A DNA stretch of 32,000 nucleotides from Nostoc sp. PCC 7120 = FACHB-418. Lineage in GTDB: Bacteria > Cyanobacteriota > Cyanobacteriia > Cyanobacteriales > Nostocaceae. Below, in pieces: positions 26,665 to 32,000 of the stretch (positions are counted from its first letter, which is position 1; every line of letters starts with the position of its first letter). The translations under genes were made by a program, and so were the position numbers. The notes under the pieces were generated by a model. That model saw nothing but the letters and a program-made list of their open reading frames with translations. It searched no databases and was not told the DNA's origin. Location: positions 5,970,001-6,002,000 of the forward strand of contig NC_003272.1 in the NCBI RefSeq assembly GCF_000009705.1, read 5' to 3'.

Positions 26665-27458
26665 TAAATTTTATTGTCTCCCCAAAGCGATCGCACTAAT
26701 TGATCTGTCATGTATTGACCGAATAGCTGCACTGCAATTTTATTATCTGGGTCACGTTCAGCGATCGCTCGGCGGACAATTAAATCACGTTGCGCCAATG
26801 CCGCACGTTCTGATTCTGGTACAGGTTCCGCTTCATCTACCCAACCCAACCAACGATCCATCATCTCATGAGCTGTTGAACGCAGGGTAGCGATTGTTTC
26901 ATCTGTAATTTGACTAGTGTAACAAAGGCTTGTATGTGATTGTACCTGACGAATATAGAGAGTTTTGCTGTGATATTGCTGAAAGCGGTCATCTTTGAGA
27001 AATGTTAAATATCTCTCGTTTGCAGGTTCATAATAACGGTCTAAATAATCTAAATCAGTCAACAAATCACTGCGACTGATGTAATCCATGTAAAAGAATA
27101 AGTTTGGCACAGTCGCAAAAGCAAAAGCCAGATGGGGAACGCGAATCTGTGAACCTAACCAAACTGTTAAGTGCATATTGCAAAAACCTGAAATTGGTTC
27201 CCGCAACCAGGAATGCACCAACCAATCAATTTCTGCACCAGAAAAAGTATTCAGCGAACCGTGTGCGGCTCCTACTTGAGCAGAATAATTTTGTAAATCC
27301 TTGGTAGACTCGTTTGGTTGTAACTCAAAACGTGCGTCTAGTTTCTGGCGGAGTTCTTTGGTAATACTCCATAATTGCTCAAATCTAGCTGTACTATCTA
27401 TAGAAAGTTGTTGTTCAAGCATTGTTTGCAATGTTCCTTTTGATAAGGATGTATGCAA
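26664..27458 (-). CDS. Hypothetical protein (faint resemblance to the ferredoxin-dependent bilin reductase / RCC-reductase fold)
   Basis: A 264-aa ORF. The track start is a TTG, and the ATG at 27422 is an alternative. The family guess rests only on the pattern NMHLTVWLGSQIRVPHLAFAF...YMDY and is weak. Confidence 0.4.
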   Translation of the reverse strand: MHTSLSKGTLQTMLEQQLSIDSTARFEQLWSITKELRQKLDARFELQPNESTKDLQNYSAQVGAAHGSLNTFSGAEIDWLVHSWLREPISGFCNMHLTVWLGSQIRVPHLAFAFATVPNLFFYMDYISRSDLLTDLDYLDRYYEPANERYLTFLKDDRFQQYHSKTLYIRQVQSHTSLCYTSQITDETIATLRSTAHEMMDRWLGWVDEAEPVPESERAALAQRDLIVRRAIAERDPDNKIAVQLFGQYMTDQLVRSLWGDNKI

Positions 27459-27653
27459 ACAAACTTAATCGAGAGGTAAAACCTCTACATCTTACTTGTG
27501 TTTGAGTTCCCCTCTCATCCTTTATACCGTTAGTAAGAATAATGTTTTCCAGCCCTGAAGATACTTAGGTATTTATGGACAAGTGCAGGCTACGCCAACA
27601 ATAACCAAATCGGATTCCTGTAAGTAAGCTCATTATCTTCAATGCTACTTAAA

Positions 27654-27998
27654 TTAAGGTGATTCTAATTTAGTCACTCGCGCCTCTAATTTATTAACTT
27701 GCTGTTTCAATTCCACCACCAAAGTTGCTAATCTATCAAACATTTTCTCCTGTTCCTGCAAAGAGATATTTCTTCGGGAACCAGATGGGACTGTAATTGT
27801 TGTTCTGGGAGAAGATGCTGACTGGCGGTTTTGGTTAAGTCGTGATTCTATTTGGTTTAATCTTGATAAGACCCGACTAAAATCAGCTTGCAAATTGTTC
27901 AGGCGAGATTCAATTTGTTGTGATGATGCTGGACTTGATAACAACCCAAGCCAAATCACCATAACTAAAGCCCCAGCAAACAACCATCGACGAAACAT
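27654..27998 (-). CDS. Secreted or anchored coiled-coil protein
   Basis: A signal or anchor helix (MFRRWLFAGALVMVIWLGLLSSPASS) is followed by repeated IESRLNxL heptad-like segments. Confidence 0.5.
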   Translation of the reverse strand: MFRRWLFAGALVMVIWLGLLSSPASSQQIESRLNNLQADFSRVLSRLNQIESRLNQNRQSASSPRTTITVPSGSRRNISLQEQEKMFDRLATLVVELKQQVNKLEARVTKLESP

Positions 27999-28070
27999 TT
28001 CTTCTACTCCTTTGGGAAGTAGATTTATAAAATAATTATTTCCTCAACTTCCCTATTTCATTGGTATTCT

Positions 28071-29552
28071 TTATCGGTCAGGTTCTAAATTGACAAATAA
28101 CTGTTGCCAATCAACAGCCTCAGCAACATTCGTCCCTTCCTTGACCTCAAACGTTACATTACATCTCTTTTGTTGTAGCGCTTGTATACACAATTCTGCT
28201 ACATCCTCTCGGCTGATTTTGCCGCGAATGTTATCACCTTGCTCGAAAATTAATGCCTTGCCTCCTGCTTCTTCAGTTAAGGCACAAGGTCTGATAATAG
28301 TGTAAGGAATGCCACTTGCTCTTAAACTATCTTCTCCTTTTAACTTCCATGTCAAAATTCCTCCTAATTGTTCATTTAATCTAACGGCTGGAGGTTCTTC
28401 ATCTAAATTAATTCCTGGCCTACCAGGACGGGTTACACCTGCGGAACTTACAAGCACGAATTTTGGTGTATTTGCTCCACCATAAGCTTTGATAAATTCC
28501 ATCTGTAGAGCAAAAACACCTGCTGAGAATTTAGGATTTAAAGCACCATCATATTCAAATTTACTTAACATTAGTTGGAAGGAACTAACTCTGCTGCTGT
28601 CAATAGGTGGCGCATCCTGGACAGTTTTTGCCCGAAACACCGGAACTAATTCTGCAAAGGGAATCCGGATATTAATCCACGTATTCTCTACAGTATCAAA
28701 AGAATAGCTATACCCTAGACCGTCCCATTTAGTCTCCGTTCGTAGGAATATTTTGTAACGTTGACCGTCACCTTTCACTCGCAACTCTACACCTTCGTAA
28801 CCAGATAAATTGAATGGTGGTTCAAAGTTTCTTGTCCTGACCGATGCAAACCCTCCAGAATTTGCGGTAGAGACATTACCAGCAAATAAAGCAGTATTTT
28901 CTACTAATTGAATATTACTGGCACTTACCCCTCCCATGACAACATCATCCAGCGCACCCCAGATATTTTTTAACTCTGTTGAGGGATGGGTAAAATCAAA
29001 TATGAGTTTTTCATTAGTTGCAGGCAAATAATTTGCGGCTGCTGTGACTAAATTTTTAACTCCTTGATATTCGACATTTTCCGGGGTATCACCAACAATT
29101 TCTGGTTGATAAAATTTCACACCTTGATAATATTTAGCTCTATCTGCGGTGTCTCCCTCCACTGGTTGGACGCGTACTGCGGTACAACAAATTACAGCTT
29201 GGATATTAGCCATCACAATAGGAGTTAATGTTTCTGGTTTAGTAATGTCCGCCACTACTAAATCAACATCATCACCGAGAATTGACCGTGCTTTATCAAT
29301 GTCTCGTACGAGGGCGCGGACTTTTTCACCGCGTTCTCTCAGTTTCTGTACTACTCGTTTACCAACACCACCAGTTGCACCTGCTACTAGAATTACACCC
29401 ATGTTGTTTTCTCCATCAGTTCGAGGTTGATAATCCTGGGGACGACCTTGGATTAATTGCTGCACCCAATTCAAAAAAGGAATCACCTCGAAGTAAGTCA
29501 GCGTTTCAATAAACCTACATAAGTTCCATTGAGAACGATTTTTATCAGCCAC
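28071..29552 (-). CDS. NAD(P)-binding (atypical SDR/NmrA-like) protein with an inserted CIA30 domain
   Basis: The Rossmann motif is ILVAGATGGVGKRVV. The central WGALDDVVMGGVS...GGFASVRT...YEGVELRVKGDGQRYK is CIA30-like. The SDR fold resumes at KFVLVSSAGV...YTIIRP. The start is a GTG, so the N-terminal extent is uncertain. Confidence 0.75.
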   Translation of the reverse strand: MADKNRSQWNLCRFIETLTYFEVIPFLNWVQQLIQGRPQDYQPRTDGENNMGVILVAGATGGVGKRVVQKLRERGEKVRALVRDIDKARSILGDDVDLVVADITKPETLTPIVMANIQAVICCTAVRVQPVEGDTADRAKYYQGVKFYQPEIVGDTPENVEYQGVKNLVTAAANYLPATNEKLIFDFTHPSTELKNIWGALDDVVMGGVSASNIQLVENTALFAGNVSTANSGGFASVRTRNFEPPFNLSGYEGVELRVKGDGQRYKIFLRTETKWDGLGYSYSFDTVENTWINIRIPFAELVPVFRAKTVQDAPPIDSSRVSSFQLMLSKFEYDGALNPKFSAGVFALQMEFIKAYGGANTPKFVLVSSAGVTRPGRPGINLDEEPPAVRLNEQLGGILTWKLKGEDSLRASGIPYTIIRPCALTEEAGGKALIFEQGDNIRGKISREDVAELCIQALQQKRCNVTFEVKEGTNVAEAVDWQQLFVNLEPDR

Positions 29553-29708
29553 AATTGCGTCCTCATAATTAGCGTCTTGCTACATCATAACGATAGGTGG
29601 GGAGTGGAGAGAGAGGAATGGGGAGTACAAAATCAAATAGGAGTTGTGTCTTGCTGAGGCAGGTTAGGATACTTAAGTAGTTATGATTAATCCAATAAAA
29701 ATTGACTT

Positions 29709-30206
29709 ATGAGCCAACTGGAAAAAGCTCAAGCTGAGTATGCAGGTTTTATTCAAGAGTTTCAAAGTGCCATCATTAGTACTATCAGCGAACAAGGGAT
29801 TCCCAATGGTAGTTATGCCCCTTTTGTGATAGATGATGCTAAAAATATCTATATTTATGTTAGTGGTCTTGCAGTACACACCAAAAATATTGAAGCGAAT
29901 CCTCTCGTAAATGTTTTATTTGTTGATGATGAGGCAAAGACTAATCAAATATTTGCTCGTCGTCGCTTGAGTTTTGATTGTACAGCCACACTCATCGAAC
30001 GTGAATCCCAGAAATGGAATCAAGTAGTTGATCAATTTCAAGAGCGTTTTGGTCAAATTATTGAAGTGTTACGTGGTTTGGCTGACTTCCGGATTTTTCA
30101 ACTAACCCCCAAAGAAGGGCGTTTTGTCATTGGCTTTGGTGCAGCTTATCACATTAGTGGCGATCGCTTAGATACACTCGTCCCCATTACAGGCGATAAA
30201 GGATAG
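29709..30206 (+). CDS. Pyridoxamine 5'-phosphate oxidase-like FMN-binding split-barrel protein (HugZ-like)
   Basis: Shows the pattern SAIISTISEQGIPNGSYAPFV...YIYVSGLAVHTKNIEANPLVNVLF..DE......FARRRLSF. Confidence 0.65.
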   Translation: MSQLEKAQAEYAGFIQEFQSAIISTISEQGIPNGSYAPFVIDDAKNIYIYVSGLAVHTKNIEANPLVNVLFVDDEAKTNQIFARRRLSFDCTATLIERESQKWNQVVDQFQERFGQIIEVLRGLADFRIFQLTPKEGRFVIGFGAAYHISGDRLDTLVPITGDKG

Positions 30207-30220
30207 GGAAATTCAACATT

Positions 30221-31111
30221 ATGCTTCAGTTTCAACCGCCTGGCTTTGGTCATAAAGTCGTACACACATCTTTGGGCGCAATGGTTTACTATACCCAAAC
30301 TGCTGCACCTTGGTGGGATGATGACTCTGAAGATTTACCACCGCTATTGTTTCTCCATAATTTTGGTGGGGGAGCGTCTGCTTATGAATGGTCTAAAGTT
30401 TATCCGGCTTTTGCATCTACACACCGCATTCTTGCGCCTGATTTGATTGGCTGGGGAGAGTCTGCACATCCAGTCAGGGATTATGAGATTAGAGACTATC
30501 TTACAGCGATCGCAGAATTTATCAGCCAAACTTGTCAGCAACCAGTCAAGGTAGTCGCTTCTTCCTTAACGGCTGCTTTCACTATCCGTTTAGCAATTAC
30601 TCAGCCAAACCTGTTTGATTCACTCTACTTGGTCTGTCCTTCTGGATTTGATGATTTTGGTCAAGGTGCTGGTCGCAGATTACCACTACCGATGATTAAT
30701 ACACCTTTATTAGATAATCTTATTTACGCCTTGGGCGCAGAGAACGAAATTGCTGTGAGGAATTTTCTGCAAAGTTTTTTATTCGCTCAACCACAACGGG
30801 TTTCCCAGGAAATGGTAGACGCTTATTTATATTCTGCACAACAACCCAACGCCAAGTTTGCTGCATTATCTTTTTTAAAAGGCGACCTTTACTTTGACCT
30901 GAGTTTATACATTCAACAATTGATAACGCCCACAGTTATCTTTTGGGGAGAAAAGGCACAATTTACCAGGATTGAGTTAGGGCAACGCTTGGCTAATTTA
31001 AATCCTCATGTAATTAGAAAATTTTATGCGATCGCTGATACAGGAATATTACCCCATTTAGAACAGCCGGAAATAATTATCGGCTTACTGCAACCATATA
31101 TAAAAGTATGA
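30221..31111 (+). CDS. Alpha/beta-fold hydrolase
   Basis: Has LLFLHNFGGGAS (oxyanion region), a nucleophile-elbow position reading VVASSLTAAF, and a C-terminal IADTGILPHLEQPE region holding the His. Confidence 0.75.
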   Translation: MLQFQPPGFGHKVVHTSLGAMVYYTQTAAPWWDDDSEDLPPLLFLHNFGGGASAYEWSKVYPAFASTHRILAPDLIGWGESAHPVRDYEIRDYLTAIAEFISQTCQQPVKVVASSLTAAFTIRLAITQPNLFDSLYLVCPSGFDDFGQGAGRRLPLPMINTPLLDNLIYALGAENEIAVRNFLQSFLFAQPQRVSQEMVDAYLYSAQQPNAKFAALSFLKGDLYFDLSLYIQQLITPTVIFWGEKAQFTRIELGQRLANLNPHVIRKFYAIADTGILPHLEQPEIIIGLLQPYIKV

Positions 31112-31200
31112 GGTTTGAAAGGCTTCTGGTGTTCAGATACCAGACTTTTTAAACAGTCTGGTATCTATGACTGATGAGGAAACGCTATAGTGCCTCATTT

Positions 31201-31674
31201 CTATTCCTGATAAACTACAGAAAGTATTTGTAGCTTACGTATTTCTTCACGCACACTCATGAGAATTTTTCCGAGATGATTTTGTCCAGTTTTATCTGCT
31301 CCACAGCCCCAAAAATAGTCACAAGAGGAATCTTCTACTAAAATCTCATTACCTGTACTTAAGAGAATTTCTCTAATATCAGTATGAGTCAGAAATTTTT
31401 TCAGTACAGCTTCTCGCATAACTATAGTTTTGACTAAATCCCAATCTTGGCGAAGTTGACGACTGGTACATCGTCCTAAAGCAGCAGCTTCTTCTGGCGT
31501 TTTGCTCGCACGGATAGCGGGTATAATCGCCGCATCTACACTACCAACAAACTTTTGCGCTTGATAATAATGTTCCACTGTTAACCAGTAAGTCCCCTGA
31601 ATTTCAATGCTATGGGGGGAAAAGTTAGAAAAACAGCCATAAGGCTGCCAAACCTTATAAAAGTAAATAGTCAT
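31201..31674 (-). CDS. NADAR (DUF1768, YbiA-like) family protein
   Basis: Reads YFYKVWQPYGCFSNFSPHSIEIQGTYWLTVEHYYQAQKF...DWDLVK..VM..A...KF......LL.TG...LVE.S..D.FWG.G. The ATG at 31674 is preferred over the TTG at 31803. Confidence 0.8.
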   Translation of the reverse strand: MTIYFYKVWQPYGCFSNFSPHSIEIQGTYWLTVEHYYQAQKFVGSVDAAIIPAIRASKTPEEAAALGRCTSRQLRQDWDLVKTIVMREAVLKKFLTHTDIREILLSTGNEILVEDSSCDYFWGCGADKTGQNHLGKILMSVREEIRKLQILSVVYQE

Positions 31675-31843
31675 TGAAAAATTGCTCTTTTTTATAGATA
31701 TATAAATCTCTATTTCTATAATGCCTGTAGATGCTGGCAAGAAGTGAGCGGCTTGGGATTGAAAGCTATTATTTGTCTGAAGATAGAGGATATTTTCGGA
31801 CAAAAATCATAATTTGGTGAAAACCCAGTTTGAGAGGTTGACA

Positions 31844-32000
31844 ATGGAAGCAAATAGTGGTTTCTTGGGTAAGCATTTACCACTAATTTCTGCGGGAATT
31901 TTTTTAGGTTTGGGATTAGGAGGCTTTGTAGATGGTATTCTCCTGCATCAAATTCTCCAGTGGCATCATATGTTGAGCAGTATTCGACCCTTGACCACCA
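31844..32000 (+). CDS. Membrane protein, DUF2243-like; 5' part only, runs off the window
   Basis: My translation is MEANSGFLGKHLPLISAGIFLGLGLGGFVDGILLHQILQWHHMLSSIRPLTT. The GGFxDGIxLHQILQWHH pattern is recalled from DUF2243. Confidence 0.5.
   Translation, partial: MEANSGFLGKHLPLISAGIFLGLGLGGFVDGILLHQILQWHHMLSSIRPLTT

Overview
This is a chromosomal window from a filamentous Nostoc/Anabaena-type cyanobacterium. The assignment rests on many HIP1 GCGATCGC palindromes and on STRR heptamer arrays of the CCCCAGT/CCCCAAT and CAACAGT/CAACCGT types. Most of the window is ordinary core or shell gene content: two tandem cell-wall amidases, pyrG, a ROK glucokinase, an ABC permease, a PAO-type Rieske oxygenase, an MDR oxidoreductase, a cyclic amidohydrolase, hisS, aroA, two Uma2 endonucleases, an aldehyde dehydrogenase, a nitrilase-superfamily protein, a CIA30-containing NAD(P)-binding protein, an alpha/beta hydrolase and a NADAR protein. 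The standout is 16.36-20.58 kb on the minus strand, which holds a full diversity-generating retroelement (DGR). Its parts in order are a small coupled ORF, a caspase with an EF-hand, an FGE/C-type-lectin-fold target carrying the variable repeat (VR), avd, a reverse transcriptase (RT), and a template repeat (TR) downstream of the RT. By hand translation the cassette carries three independent lesions. A ~150-bp MITE with a 6-bp target duplication splits the RT. avd has an in-frame amber codon at codon 11. An A8 run puts the caspase and the start-less upstream part of the target ORF one nucleotide out of frame. TR/VR differences are adenine-biased but not adenine-exclusive. Secondary observations include an AmiE-like amidase homologue whose catalytic Lys and Cys read Arg and Ser, bracketed by inverted copies of a 36-nt repeat. 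There is also a protein made of two tandem copies of an unknown ~65-aa module, and STRR arrays that start directly after stop codons. No rRNA, tRNA or CRISPR was found. All calls come from reading the sequence and recalling family motifs; no database search was run.
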